Below are positions 1 to 34,879 of a stretch of DNA of 64,000 nt, piece by piece. The stretch lies in the NCBI GenBank assembly GCA_964016885.1, contig OZ024756.1, forward strand, positions 19,034,001-19,098,000, given 5' to 3'. The stretch comes from Eledone cirrhosa. Its lineage: Eukaryota. The notes under the pieces are model-generated. The model saw nothing but the letters and a program-made list of their open reading frames with translations, was not told where the DNA came from and made no database searches. Both the position numbers and the translations under genes were made by a program. The first letter of the stretch is position 1. Each line of letters begins with the position of its first letter.

Positions 1-40
1 ATAAGAATCAAAGAACTGTTCAAAACATTATATTTCATAT

Positions 41-531
41 ATATATATAAAGTTGTAGTTCCTGTTTGTTTGTTTGTTTGTTCACAAACTACTCCTATGG
101 TTTTGGAGATAGACCCCCCCCCCCCCATAACCATATATATTCTGAAACTTGGATAAGTATATTTCATTTTAATCAAAGGGTTCCCCGGGGGCACAAACCC
201 CCACTGAAAACCCCTGGTGAAAATGTTGTCCCTTCGATGTATATGAAATTTAAACCATAGGTAAATGACAAGATATGATGCCTATTCACAAAAGTTTTGA
301 ATTGATATTTTGAAAAAAATTATTTACAAGAAACAAAATAAGAATAAGATTTAATAATGTAATTTTGATTTGATATATTACAAAAAATAACGTTTTCCAA
401 TTTTAAATGCATTCCATTTTACATTGAGTAATATTGAAATGCAGAGTTTTTCTCCATAAATTATATCACTGATTTGAAATTTCTTACAAAAAAATGTGTG
501 AAATGCAGCAAGGCGTGGGTAATTCAGCTAG
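41..531 (+). mobile_element. Non-autonomous Helitron-like element
   Basis: Starts TATATAAAG..(GTTT)n and ends gcaaggcgtgggtaattcagCTAG followed by T. Confidence 0.55.
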
Positions 532-1013
532 TAAAATATATAAAGTATAATCGGTTTCGATGTATTAGTAAAATTCATCTTATCAAATGTTGAGTATTAC
601 AATTAAAAAGAATTAATAAGAATTAAAAACTAAAAATTAAAGATTTAAAATTAAGTGTTGAGGCAAGTTTTTTTCATCTTCCTTGTTGGGAAGGAGACTG
701 GAAAAATGAAATCTTGTATATATAGAGAGAGGTGTAGTTATATATATATATGTATAATACACACATATATATATACATATCAAATATTAAGCAAGCAAAC
801 CAATCAAAGAGAAGAGATAAGTGATTAGTTAAGAAGATTACAAGCCAGTAGAGAGAGGGTTAGAGTGCTCGATGTGTATAGATTGCAAGACGAGTGAACA
901 AAGCAAGTAAATCGAAGAAAATATGTCTAGCAAAATTATTATAAGCAGAGCTAAATAGCATGAATTAAATGTCAGAGAAAACAACAATAAACTTTTTAAT
1001 ACATTTATTTACA

Positions 1014-1135
1014 AGCTGACAACTTGTTTCAGACACTAAATCATCAATTTGTACATTGAGGATATAAATACCGATCCAAAAATCGAAACTCGTACAGTGA
1101 AAATAAATCCGTGATTTAGTGCCCTCATCAGAGCC
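1014..1135 (-). ncRNA. Type I hammerhead ribozyme motif with long stem II
   Basis: Minus strand: ggct-CTGATGA-gggcactaaatca..tgatttagtgtct-GAAAC-aagtt-GTC-agct, followed by AATAAA. Confidence 0.75.
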
Positions 1136-1539
1136 AAAAGTAAAGATGAAAATATATTAATTCAAAAACAAAAACATATCACCGATGTGAAGATCCTACA
1201 GTACAGGCTTTACTTGGATAGGAATAGTCCACATGTTAAAAACCATTACTATGTCCATGTTCATGTTGGTTGGATTCAAATGTGACTGGACGAGTAATTG
1301 CTAACAGGGTTTTTGATCCCACTTAGATTCCATTAGTTTAATTTATTATCTCCCCCCCCCCCCCCCATATTTTATTTTAAAAAATTTTTTATTATGTGTT
1401 CTCCACCCATGCATCAGACTTTTAACTAATTTCTTCCTCCCCTATCTAATCCAAACCTTACTTATTCCAGATTTTACCTTATCCTCTCCCATCTTAAATT
1501 GAAGGGAAGAGTGACAGTGATATAAAACTTTTCCAGTCT

Positions 1540-2030
1540 CAGGAATGGTCCATAGAAGGGATTGATAGCCTCTGCTATCTAGGTGACTTAGTGGAGAAGG
1601 GCCTCTGAGAGCATAATAGCTAGAATAAGGATAGGATGGAAAAAGTTTAGAGAGCTACACCCACTGTTGACCACAAAAGGTTTCTCCCTATGTACAAAAA
1701 GGAGGTCAGTATGATGCCTGTGTGATGCGTGGTAGTGAAACATGGGCTGAGACTGCAGAAGACATGCGTAGACTGGAGAGAAATGAAGCAGCTATGCTTT
1801 GTTGGATGTGCAATGTAAGTCTGAGAGAAAAGCAGATGAGCTGAGGGAAAAGCTGGGTTTAAGGGAAATCTGAGATGGTCTGCAAGAGAGAAAACTGTGT
1901 TGGTATGAAAATGTGATGTGCATGGATGATGATCACTGGGTAAAGAATTGCCAGGAAATGTCAATGGAAGGAACCTACAGTAGGGGTGGACCAAGAAAGA
2001 CCTGAATAGTGGTGGTAAGAGCTGACCTTG
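1540..2030 (+). mobile_element. Degenerate RTE LINE 3' fragment
   Basis: Reads [37 protein letters not shown], matching the C-terminus of the 37502-40030 ORF. Confidence 0.75.
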
Positions 2031-2101
2031 AAATATGTATTTTTCATAGATATTATGCATTTTTGTATGTGTACAAATTACTGTTTTTCTCAAAATCTCT
2101 C

Positions 2102-2235
<134 letters not shown>

Positions 2236-2629
2236 GGAGGCACATGGCTTAGTGATTAGAGCATTGGCCTTGCAATTGAAAGGTTGTGAGTTCAATTCTC
2301 AGACCGGGTGATGTGTTGTTTCCTTGAGCAAGACACTTTATTTCACATTGCTCCAGTTTACTCAGCTGTAGAAATGAGATGATAGGGACTGGGGTCCATT
2401 ATCATTCCACTGCAAAGTGGTTGTGGAGGTGCCACGGCAAAAAAGCACCCAGCCCACACTGTAAAGTGGTCGTGGAGGTGCCATGGCAAAAAAGCACCCA
2501 GCACTCACTGTAAATGAGGTTGGTGTTAGGAAGGGCATCCAGTTGTAGAAATCAAGCCAGAATCAGTTCCCGTCCCACCCTTGCAAGCAGGGAAAAAGCG
2601 GACATAAAATGATGATGATGATGATGATG
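2236..2629 (+). mobile_element. tRNA-derived SINE family A, full copy (others: 4699-5133+, 5996-6385+, 9462-9799+, 17342-17676-, 58884-59291-; partial or variant at 2868-3063, 17700-17880, 19350-19465, 22456-22778, 33230-33583)
   Basis: A box TGGCTTAGTG(G/A) and B box GAGTTCAATTC; central tccttgagcaagacactttatttcacattgctcc; 3' part shared with the RTE 3' UTR; (GAT)n tail. Confidence 0.9.
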
Positions 2630-3935
2630 ATATATATATATTTGTTGAAGTCTTTGTGGTTTAGTGGTAAGACATGAGACTAGGGAATATCGTGGTTGGA
2701 TTTCGAATCAAGGTATTAAATATATATATATATACTAGCTGGCCCGTCCGGTTGGCGCCCAGCTACCATTGACGTGTTCTACGGCATCTATATATATATA
2801 TAAATATATATATAGCTGACATACCTAGCTTCACTTGGATAAACAGACAATAAGCCGATTACTGGGTGCTTTTTTTCCATGGCGCCTACACGTCCACTTT
2901 ACAATGTGAGTGCTGGGTGCTTTTTTGCCGTGGCACCTCCACAAGCACTTTGCAGTAGAATGATAGGGACCCCAGTCCCTATCATCTCATTTCTACAGCT
3001 GAGTAAACTGTAGCAATGTGAAATAAAGTGTCTTGCTCAAGGAAACAATACATCACCCGGTCTGAGAATATATCATCATCATCATCATCTTCGTTTAACG
3101 TCCATATTCCACGCTTGCATGGGTTTGGATGGGAGTTTTCCCACTTGAGGCAAGAGTGGTTGTCTTGCTTGCATAGGACTGTCTGGCGGGTTTTCTACGG
3201 CTGGATGCCCTTCCTAACACCAACCACATTTACAGTGTGGAACTGGGAGGTTTTTACCGTGTTGCCTACACGGCCACATTACAGCGTGGACTGTGTGTTT
3301 TTTTGTCGTGACACCTACACGACCTCATTTGTTTCGGGCTGGATGTTGTGGTACCAACATAACTTTACATTGAAAGGGTTGGTGTGGATGGGGTGGGGGT
3401 AGTGGGACGGGGGTGTATTTTGTTAGAGGTGCCTACTGACTGTAGTAGGTTTCACTTTGCACTTAGGTAAGGCGGGTCTTCTCTATTACTGTGTAACGCC
3501 AAAGATCTCGGTCCAGTGACATTGTCTTGGAGAGGTGTATATATATACAGAAAGGTTGAAATCTAACCTGGACCATATCATATTGATTAAAATTGATATA
3601 ATCAATAAAAATCTCAGATAGGTTTCTGGGACTGCTGGAATTATTGATGCTCTGGATAAAGAAGCACATCTATCATACATAATATATATGTTTTTATACC
3701 TTAAATTTGTATATAACAGTTGCAAATTCTTTATTTGTTAGCTGATCACACTGTGACTAATATTTTGCACCTCTTTCTAGCGGAAATGACATCCAGCTTT
3801 GTTTATATCTGCCAACAAGAGTTAAACGTTGTTACACCATGCTGTCTATGGTCTTGGCATTACTCGTAGATCCTGACAGATATAGATAGGTATCTTGTAC
3901 TGTATACTCTATTGCAAATTTATTCAAAGATGTAA

Positions 3936-4064
3936 ATTTCTCTGATGATTGATTCACATCTCCCATAACTTTACTAAATTCGATAGTTGGTGATTGATGA
4001 TCGATCAGTTAGATCGATTTTAAGTTGTGGTTCTTTGAATCATGAAATAGTGCTATAAGGAAAT
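3936..4064 (+). ncRNA. Type I hammerhead ribozyme motif with long stem II
   Basis: atttct-CTGATGA(3942)-t-tgattca..tgaatca-t-GAAA(4044)-TAGTGCTA-TA-aggaaat; near-palindromic stem III. Confidence 0.7.
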
Positions 4065-6385
4065 AAGAACTTTTTCGACCTTGAGAAAAATAAGGGATTG
4101 TCTGCATTGGCAATTAACAAGCATAAACAGTTTCAAGAATGAAATAAACTAGTTTAAAATGAGAGAAAAAGATGAGAAAGTCTAAGAGAGAGATTTTCTG
4201 ATGGTACCTACTGAATAGATCAAGGATAATGAGGAGAGGATGAGGAATACTAAAGTAAGAGAAGCTGTTCTATAAGGGAGACTGACTTTGATAGTAAACA
4301 TTACAATAATTAATGGTATACATACATCTGTACCACCTGAGTCATGGCTGGATGTCTAGAGAGAGAGAAATAAAATAAGGAAGATTAGCTTAACTTGGGA
4401 GCAATTTCTTCTAATTTTGATATATAATATCATTTATGGTGTCTCTGATATCAGAGTTTCACCAGATATTTGGGTGGTATCGGTAGGGTGGTGGATTGGC
4501 TGTAGAATCGGTAGAACGTTAGACAACATGCTTTACAGCATAGAGTTACGTCCTTTTACATTCTGAGTTCAAATCCCGCTGAGGTAAGCTTTGCCTTTCA
4601 TCCTAACAGGGAGTCGATAAAATAAAGTACCAGTCAACATATTTAGTGTGCATATGGATATTATACGCAAATATATATGCATATAGATATGATATATGGA
4701 GACACATGGCTTAGTGGTTAGAGCATTGGCCTTGCAATCGAAAGGTTGTGAGTTCAATTCTCAGACCGGATGATGTGTTGTTTCCTTGAGCAAGACATTT
4801 ATTTCACATTGCTCCAGTTTACTCAGCTGTAGAAATGAGATGATAGGGACTGGGGTCCCTATCATTCCACTGCAAAGTGGTCGTGGAGGTGCCACGACAA
4901 AAAGCACCCAGCCTACATTGTAAAGTGGTCGTGTAAGAGAGATACCAAAAAAGCACCCAGTGCACACTGTAAATGTGGTTGGTGTTAGGAAGGGCATCCA
5001 GCTGTAGAAAACCAGCCAGAAACAGTCCTATATGAGCAAGACACAGTCACCCGACCCAACTTTCCTTTAAATGGGACAAACCCATCTAACCGATGCTAGC
5101 ATGGAAGATAGACGTTAAACGATGATGATGATAATGAAATTGAAAAGTAAATTGTGTTCATTAGTGGCTTGCCTAACTGAGGTAACTGGTGATGCTTGAG
5201 AGGGCGCTTGGTTATTCCAGCGCATCAGCCTCGCCTTCACCTGAAGTAACGCTACAAGTATGCTGGCTTGCCTCAAAAATTATTAGAGAGGTTTCCCAGT
5301 GCTCCTCGCGATATTGTTAACTTTTGTTCTGGCAGCAGTTTGTTTGTCCACCCTTTTTGCCTGCCTTTTGTTAAATGTAGTCCTAGATGTATGCGTTACC
5401 TAATATACGTTTTTTTTCCTTTCCGTTTTCTTTCTTTTTCTTATGCTTGTAAAACAATAAAATAAAAATACATTTGCAACGGTATTTACACAACTGTGAA
5501 TAAAATCATAATTGACAATAAGCACAGAAATTGAACAAAGACTGTGTTACACTGTCTTCTATAATCAGTAAAGTAATCCATGATACATTTAAAAAAGACA
5601 ATATTATATTTACATTACAGCGAAATGTTATGATATTGATATAACGGACGCTAACGGAAGTGTTGACATTTAAAAGTTTTAACAGAAGTTAATCTTGAAA
5701 TAAGCAATACATTATATATAAGAATATTTATGTTTAATTAAGAGCTACAAAATTTAGTAGATAAATTACATAATATTCATTCATGATTTATTCAAAGTAA
5801 TCCAACTTATTTTAATAACGTGTTCAGAAACAATATCCCTGACACAGTCTCACAATTCTCCAATCATTATATATTAGATTGTTATTATTATTATTATTAG
5901 TAATAGTAGTAGTAGTAGTAGTAGTAGTAGTGATGGTGCCAGTAAAGATGGTGGTGGTTGTAGCTGCAGCAGCAACACCCACTATATATATATATGAGGC
6001 ACATGGCTTAGTGGTTTGAGCATTGGCCTTGCAAGCGAAAGGATGTGAGTTCAATTCTCAGACCAGGTGATGTGTTGTTTCCTTGAAAGACACTTTATTT
6101 CACATTGCTCCAGTTTGCTCAGCTGTAGAAATGAGATGATAGGGACTTGGGTCCCTATCATTCCACTGCAAAGTGCTCGTGGAGGTGCCACGGCAAAAAA
6201 GCAGCCGGCACTCACTGTAAAGTGGACGACTAGGCGCCACGGAAAAAAAGCACCCAGCACTCACTGTAAATGAGGTTGGTGTTAGGGAGGGCATCCAGCT
6301 GTAGAAATCAAGCCAGAATCAGTTCCCGTCCCACCCTTGCAAGCAGGGAAAAGCGTACATAGAAAAAAAAAAATGAAATGATGAG

Positions 6386-6418
<33 letters not shown>

Positions 6419-6755
6419 TACTGTAGTACAAGTTTGGTAGAAATATCCAAGGGTAAGAGCACTCAGTCCATAGGACGAGTTAAGTATAATTAGTTACAAC
6501 AGTGACATATACAGGTACTTAAGTTTTGTTGGGTTATACACCCCAACTCATTCAACCCGTTACATAAACAAAGATGGCTACCTCCACAAAAGACTTTGTA
6601 ACTATATATATATATATATTATATATAATGTAGGAGGTGAGTTTTATTGTAGTACAATAAAGCAATGCAGATATCGGATAAGAAGCACTCTACAGTTTGT
6701 AGGACTGGAGTATACATAATATAAGATCAAAAGATGGTTAAAGGAGTTCCATGTA

Positions 6756-6822
6756 TTTTATTATGCGCATTTCAAAAACAAACATCATCATGCAATAATA
6801 TCTGTGTTTTCATCAGATAAAA
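6756..6822 (-). ncRNA. Minimal type I hammerhead ribozyme, left arm of the same palindrome
   Basis: Reverse complement of 6920-6986 with one substitution in stem II; the core is intact. Confidence 0.78.
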
Positions 6823-6919
6823 CAGGAGAACATGATATGAAGGCTAAAAAACACTTGTGGATTGATTTAAAATTGCACTATCCACAAGTGTTTTTTAGCC
6901 TTCATATCATGTTCTCCTG

Positions 6920-6986
6920 TTTTATCTGATGAAAACACAAATATTATTGCATGATGATGTTTGTTTTTGAAATGCGCATAATAAAA
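6920..6986 (+). ncRNA. Minimal type I hammerhead ribozyme, right arm of a palindrome
   Basis: ttttat-CTGATGA(6926)-aaacacaaata..tgtttgttttt-GAAA(6969)-TGCGCA-TA-ataaaa; palindromic stem III loop. Confidence 0.8.
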
Positions 6987-7513
6987 TACATGGAACTCCT
7001 TTAACCATCTTTTGATCTTATATTATATTATATATATATAGTTATGTAATAAACAACATAAGATAATTATTCATGCCTAAAGAAAATTAATTATCACAGG
7101 AATGCTTCCACTTAAAATAAAATTTTGCCGGAGATAGATAAGCAAAATTTAATAAGCAAGGGGTGGGGGTGAGATAACAGCGGGGGTGGGGGTGAGATAA
7201 CAGCGGGGGTGGAGGGTGGAAAAAAATCTGAAAAATTGATAAGTGGAGGAGACGAGGGGACGTTTATTCAAGTTCATGACCCAAGAGTAGTTACAGATAT
7301 TGTGGTGTGGTGTTAGTCAAGGGACATTACTGCAGGCATCTTATTCAAGTGGAAGTAGAAAAAGAGAAGAAACCGAAACCAAAGGACAAGCAATTTGTGT
7401 AGGAGAGATTCTCACCTTATAAAAGATAGCCATGCAAGCAGACATCATTGAACATTCCATATAAATTTGAAAGCATGCACAAAACCTACACCCTATCCAC
7501 TATCAAATAATAA

Positions 7514-7898
7514 TTGTTTCCACTTTTGGCACAAGGCCAGCAATTACCCAGTGCATTACTGGTACTTTATTTTATCGACCCCGTAAGGATGAAAGGCAAA
7601 GTCAACCTGGGCGAGATTTGAACTCAGACCGTAAAGAGACGTAACTATGCTGGAAAGCATGACGTCTGACTCTCTACTGATACTGCCAATCCACCGCCTT
7701 ATAATAATAATAATTGTTTCTACTTTTGGCACAAGGCCAGCAATTGCCCAGTACATTACTGGTACTTTATTTTATCGACCCCATAAGGATGAAAGGCAAA
7801 GTTAACCTCGGCGAGATTTGAACTCAGACCGTAAAGGGGCGTAACTATGCTGGAAAGCATGACGTCCGACTCTCTACCGGTACTGCCAATCCACCGCT
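7514..7898 (-). mobile_element. Two tandem copies of tRNA-derived SINE family B (others near 4486-4635, 21190-21475, 23630-24040, 29525-29705, 33825-33920, 52295-52690, 57735-57815, 58660-58760, 61340-61460)
   Basis: Head ggcggtggattggcag..gagttcaaatc; core ctttgcctttcatccttacggggtcgataaaataaagtaccagt resembles the Nin/Deu SINE domain. Confidence 0.85.
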
Positions 7899-8731
7899 GC
7901 CAATCCACTACTGTCAAATAATAATGATTTCTTTTTACAAATATACACACATACCATATACAGTGTACCCCTGGCATTCGCAATCCTGGTTATTCGTGTA
8001 ATTTTCCTTAGAACCTAACTAATAATTGTTCGTGAAAACCACCCCATTTTTGCGGATTTTTAATGGATCTTTTCGTGGCACTATTTTTTACATTTTTAAT
8101 GCTAAATTATTTAATAACAATGAAACGGGATTTGCCGGCCTATATTTTACATTATGTTTTGATCTTTATAGGTATTTTTATGAACGGCGTCCAATATTAG
8201 TGGTTTTTCACTCTTCACAAGTGCTCTAGGAATGTAATCCTTATATATATTGGGGGAAAACTTTATATATATATATATATGCATCTCTGAGTTAGTCTTG
8301 TCTATTCTTGAACTATATGTATATATATATTTGCCTACTGCTGCTGCTGTTCCTGCCAGAATAACAGACAGCCTCTTTTCGGGTCGACCACTGCTTGACA
8401 CAGATGTGTCCCACCGCTCTTTTCTCATGTCTTGTTTATTTTGCCTATGCCAACGTCAGACCAACAGACATTTTGCACCTGTTGCACAGGATAGCCTTAT
8501 ATACACAGTACTTCCTACTGCGCGAAACCATGTGGGTCTAGTAGGAAGCTGAAGAGGTCATTATGATGTTCTGTATTTCTCTTTAGTTCACATTCTTCAT
8601 CCTTTCTCCATTTTTTATCTTTCACAATTCTCCAAAAATATTTTGCTCCATCAATCTCATTCCTGCTTTTCTCTATTCCTCTTCTCATCTCTTTCTATAC
8701 TCCCTCTCATTTCTCAACTCATGCTTTAGAC

Positions 8732-9280
8732 CAGAGTTTCCCAAACTTTTTCAGGCTGGCGCTCCCTTGGCTTCCAGATAGATTCCTAGCGCCCCCTCTC
8801 CCAATATACACATGCAAGCTTTTTTTTTCAAAGTGAAAACAACAATATTAAACACAAAATATGTATTTCAAAAATAATAATTAATTCAATAAACCATTTT
8901 ATTTGGTCTTCACAATTACCGCCAATACACGCATGCAAGCATTTTTTATTTTGTTTCAAATTGAAAACAACAATATTAAACACAAAATATGTTTGTGGGT
9001 GTGTGTGTGTGTCTGTGTGTGTGTGTGTGCATACGAGTTCTTCTACCTTAGTGGCTGAGTCTATGACATATTTTGTCATTCAGATTTTGTAAAAAAAAAC
9101 AAAAAAAAACAAGCTATTTATTGTTTAAAATTTAAACAATAAAAAGCTTGTTTTTTTCTTTTTTTTAATACTACACTGTCGCCCCCTAACCGCCCCCCTG
9201 TTATCAAAGCACCGCCCCCTGATATCAAAGCACCGCCCCATGGAGGAGGGGGGGTGTACTGCCCACTTTGGGAAACAATG
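8732..9280. mobile_element. Non-autonomous hAT-type element
   Basis: TIRs CAGAGTTTCCCAAA / TTTGGGAAACAATG and a perfect 8 bp TSD CTTTAGAC. Confidence 0.85.
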
Positions 9281-10472
9281 CTTTAGACTCTCTTCCATTC
9301 TCTCTCTCCATTCTGCCGTTCAATATGTGGTTACATTTTAACCCAACTTTTTGCTATGCTTATAGCAATCAGCTGTTCACAGCTGCCCCCACTCTGAGAT
9401 TCCTACAATTTTTTGAAAATTCACATACACTTATCACTTCAAACCTTTTCAATTAATGTTTACATGGCTTAGTCGTTAGAGCATTGGCCTTGCAATCGAA
9501 AGGTTGTGAGTTCAATTCTCAGACCGGGTGATGTGTTGTTTCCTTGAGCAAGACACTTTATTTCACATTGCTCCAGTTTCCTCAGCTGTAGAAATGAGAT
9601 GATTGGGACTGGGGTCCCTATCATTCCACTGCAAAGTGGTCGTGGAGGTACCACGGCAAAAAAGCACCTAGCACTCACTGTAAATGAGGTTGGTGTTAGG
9701 AAGGGCATCCAGCTGTAGAAATCAAGCCAGAATCTGTTCCCGTCCCACCCTTGCAAGCAGGGAAAAGCGGACGTAAAATGAAATGATGATGATGATGATT
9801 ATATATATATATACATATATATATAAAGAAAATCGATGAAGTTTTGTTTACATGTATTTAGGTCTTTATTGTGTATCAGCCAGTTATGTGCAATTCACAG
9901 AGGATTGGCTTAAGGTCACCCAAAGAAGTTATGGACCTGACTCCAATATTGATCTCAATAAAAACTTGTAAATGAGACTTCATCATTTTTCTTAATATAT
10001 ACACTCTGCTTGTGCATTGTATATTCATATTGGTACCACCAACAACTGAATCACATACTATATATATATAGTATGAACAAGACACGGTCTCCCGACCATT
10101 CTCGCATCAAATGGAACAAAACCGTCTAACCCATGCTAGTGTGGAAGATGGATGTTAAATGATGATGATGATGATGATGATATATATCTATATATATATT
10201 AGGAAATATGCTATCAGCCAAAGTGTATAATAAATATATATCTGTATAAATACAGAGTGTGTAACCAAGACTGCAACAATATGTATATAAATATACACAT
10301 GTAACCATGGCAGAAAATACTCTGGACGCTCTAGGCGCATTATGTCGCCAATAGAGTAATCTCCCCTTAATAAATAATACAGTGCCAAGGGAAGCAACTC
10401 ATAAAAATTTCTAGCATTCTAAAGATTAAATTGAAATAATAATTTCAATTAATTAAAATTAATTATAAATCA

Positions 10473-31243
<20,771 letters not shown>

Positions 31244-32213
31244 CTGGAAAAGAGTGAAATATATATTACAGTTGAACCTCAGTTCAAGAACTTAAACCTT
31301 TCCTTTAACATTTAAAACTGTAACTGGCCACTCACACAGATTTTAAGGCATTGTTCTCAAAATAAATAATATGAAAATTTCATAGATTTGATATCATGTG
31401 GGATAATTATGTAAGATAAAGCCTTTACCATGGAAATACAATAATAAATATAGAGTAATGTAAAAGTTAAAGGGTTAATTCGTTCCTGTGTATGTCTATG
31501 TGCCTATTGAAATGTGTGTGAGGAGAGGTGCAGGGTTGCTAGATTAAAAACAGTGTAAAATTTTCAAAAAATAGCAGATTATGTTATAAATCAGGCTTGC
31601 TAGCCAGCCTGCTGATCTGGAGTTCAATCTCCAAGTTAGTCTATATATACTTTAGTTTAACCCTTTAGCATTTAAAGCAGCTGTAATCAGCAGCTCATAC
31701 TAATGTTAGGGTATTGTTCTCAAAATAAATAATATGAAAATCTCATAGATTCAATATTGTGTGAGATAAAGACTTTACGATGAAAATATAATAGTAAATA
31801 TAGAGTAATACAAATGCTATGTGAGATATTATGCAAGATAATCATGCGAGATAAAGCCTTTACCATGAACATATAATAGTAAATATAGAGTAATACAAAT
31901 GCTATGTGAGATATTATGCAAGATAATCATGTGAGATAAAGCCTTTACCACGAACATATAATAGTATATATAGAGCAATGTAAATGCTAGAGTTAAGCAG
32001 AACAAGCAATCAACATCCCAAGTTACTAATTAACTAATTAATACAAGGTTATCTCAGGAATTTGGTAATGGAATTAGTACAATCTATCTCTTCAGTTTGA
32101 AATTCTGAGAACATTATCAAACAAGATGGATATCTAAACAGTGTTGGTGAATACAACCTGAAATGTCATTATAACAAACAATATGAGAACTGTTGTCTGT
32201 AAAAATTCAGTTG

Positions 32214-32853
32214 ACCATCATCACCACCACCACTGCCATCATCATCCTTACCAACACCACCACCACTACCGTCATCACTACCACCACTACCACTGTCATC
32301 ATCACCACCACCACCACCACCACTGCCATTATCACCACCACCACCACCACCATTATCACCACCACCACCAGTACCACTGCCATTATCACCACCACCACTG
32401 TCACTGCCATCACCACCACCACCACCACTGTCACTGCCATCATCACCACCACCACCACTGCCATCATTACCACCACCACCACTGCCATCATCACCACCAC
32501 CACCACCACTGTCACTGCCATTATCACCAGCATCACCACCACTACTACTGCCATCACCATCACCACCACCATCACCATCACCACCACCACCACTGTCACT
32601 GCCATCATCACCACCACCACCACCACCGCCATCATCACCACCACCACCACCACCGCCATCATCATCATCACCACCACCACCGCCATCATCATCATCACCA
32701 CCACCACCACCACCACTGCCATTATAACCAGCATCACCACCACCACCACCACTGTCACTGCCATTATCACCAGCATCACCATCACCACCACTACTGCCAT
32801 CATCATCATCACCGCTACCGCCACTGCCACCGCCACCACCACCACCACCACCA
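32214..32853. repeat. Compound (CAC/CAT)n microsatellite
   Basis: Direct reading. Confidence 0.9.
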
Positions 32854-33921
32854 CGTCTGCTTTCCACACTAGCATACTTTGGATTGGTTGTCATGGTTTC
32901 AGATCAGACAGGTTGGAGTGACCTGTCTTGCTCATATATTCCATATTTGGTATGGCTTCTAAGACTGTGTGCTCCTTCTTAATGTCAACCAACTTACAAA
33001 GTGTACTGGGTGCAATTTTTCGATTTTTCCTGGCTCCAATACTGCCTCTTTACGAAGTGTACTGGGTGTGATTTTTGTGGCACCACCACTAACTCTATAC
33101 AGAGTGTACTAGGTGCGATATTTTGTGGCCCCAATACTGCCTCTTTACAGAGTGTACTGGGTGCATGTCTTTATTTTCTTTTGTTTCACTGACACTATAA
33201 CAGATTGACATATATATAAACTGCAATATGGGTAAAGGGTAACGGATAAAGACCCCCTTCGGTCACAAATGACCCTGGGATTTGCACTGAGAAAGTTCCC
33301 CTCTGAGGCACAAGTCCAAGAAAGGTTGTTTGTGGAAGACCAGCAGTCGCCCATGTATACCAGTCTTCCCTCCTCACGCCAACGATGTTGTCCAAGGGAA
33401 AGGCAATGGACGATACAACATGGCACCAGTGACGTCACAACTCATTTTTACAGCTGAATAACTGGAGCAACGTGAAATAAAGTGTCTTGCTCAAGACCAC
33501 AACGCAAAGCCCGGTCCGAGAATCAAACTGACAACCTCACAACTGGAAGCCCGATGTTCTAACCACTAAGCTATGTACCTTCACAAGCTACAATATAACC
33601 ATATATGTTATTAAACTCTGTGCCATACTAAAGTGACTCCAATCTAACGCAATCGATAAAACAAACAATTCCATCCAAACATCTAACTGACCATTTACAC
33701 ACCACACTCATCAGCATCATCAACACCACTACCATCATCACCACCACCACCACCACCACCGCCATCATCATAATCATCACCACCACCATAATCATCATCA
33801 TCATTATATCATTATCATCATCGAGGTTGACTTTGCCTTTCATCCTTACGGGGTCGATAAAATAAAGTACCAGTAATGCACTGGGGTAATTGCTGGCCTT
33901 GTGCCTAAAGTAGAAACAATT

Positions 33922-34860
33922 ACATCATTATCATCATCAACATCACCACCACACCACCACCACCACCGCATTACCACCACCACCACGATCACATCACCAC
34001 CACTACCACCACGATCACATCACCACCAACACGATCACATCACCACCACCACCACAATCACATCAACATCATCACCACTATCATCACACCACCACCATCA
34101 CATCAACATCACCACCACTATCATCACACCACCACCATCATCACATCACCACCATCATCACATCACCACCACCACGATCACATCACCACCACCACGATCA
34201 CATCACCACCACGATCACATCACCACCACCACGATCACATCACCACCACCACGATCACACCACCACCACCACCACCACCACGATCACATCACCACCACCA
34301 CCACGATCACATCACCACCACCACCACGATCACATCACCACCACCACCACCACCACGATCACATCACCACCACCACCACGATCACATCACCACCACCACC
34401 ACCACGATCACATCACCACCACCACCACCACAATCACATCACCACCACCACCACCACAATCACATCAACATCACCACCACTGCCACCACCACCATCACAT
34501 CACCACCATCACATCACCACCACCATCATTATCACACCACCACCATCACCACTGCCACCACCACCATCATATCACCACCATCACATCACCACCACCACCA
34601 TCACCACTGCCACCACCACCATCACATCACCACCATCATCACACCACCACCATCACCACTGCCACCACCACCATCACATCACCACCATCATCACACCACC
34701 ACCATCACCACTGCCACCACCACCATCATATCACCACCATCACATCACCACCACCACCATCACCACTGCCACCACCACCATCACATCACCACCATCATCA
34801 CACCACCACCATCACCACTGCCACCACCACCATCACATCACCACCACCATCATCATCATC
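33922..34860. repeat. Compound (CAC/CAT)n microsatellite
   Basis: Direct reading. Confidence 0.9.
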
Positions 34861-34879
34861 CAGTAAAAAAAAAAAAAAA

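Larger units (their letters stand above)
6628..7026 (-). mobile_element. Fold-back Penelope-like pseudo-LTR remnant (147 bp inverted arms plus tail) in (TA)n
   Basis: Arms 6716-6862 / 6880-7026 with 1 mismatch and a 17 nt loop; hammerhead in each arm; tail with ACTC..GAGTGCT on the minus strand; TA runs on both sides. Confidence 0.65.

Noticed and set aside
541-600. Degenerate hammerhead-like strings (also 8016-8142 and 10203-10260)
   Set aside because: The core has multiple mutations or is missing; these may be relics but cannot be called.
2236-2310. tRNA gene
   Set aside because: The A/B boxes belong to SINE heads; there is no complete cloverleaf.
3560-3680. Possible GIY-YIG C-terminal remnant (R..LLELLMLWIKK) upstream of the 3936 hammerhead
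   Set aside because: Too short and interrupted by stops; it needs a profile search against PLE proteins.
7417-7485. Possible terminal or cassette copine exon (AG..AAG/GTGAG on minus)
   Set aside because: No polypyrimidine tract, a stop in the required phase, and no similarity to the copine C-terminus.
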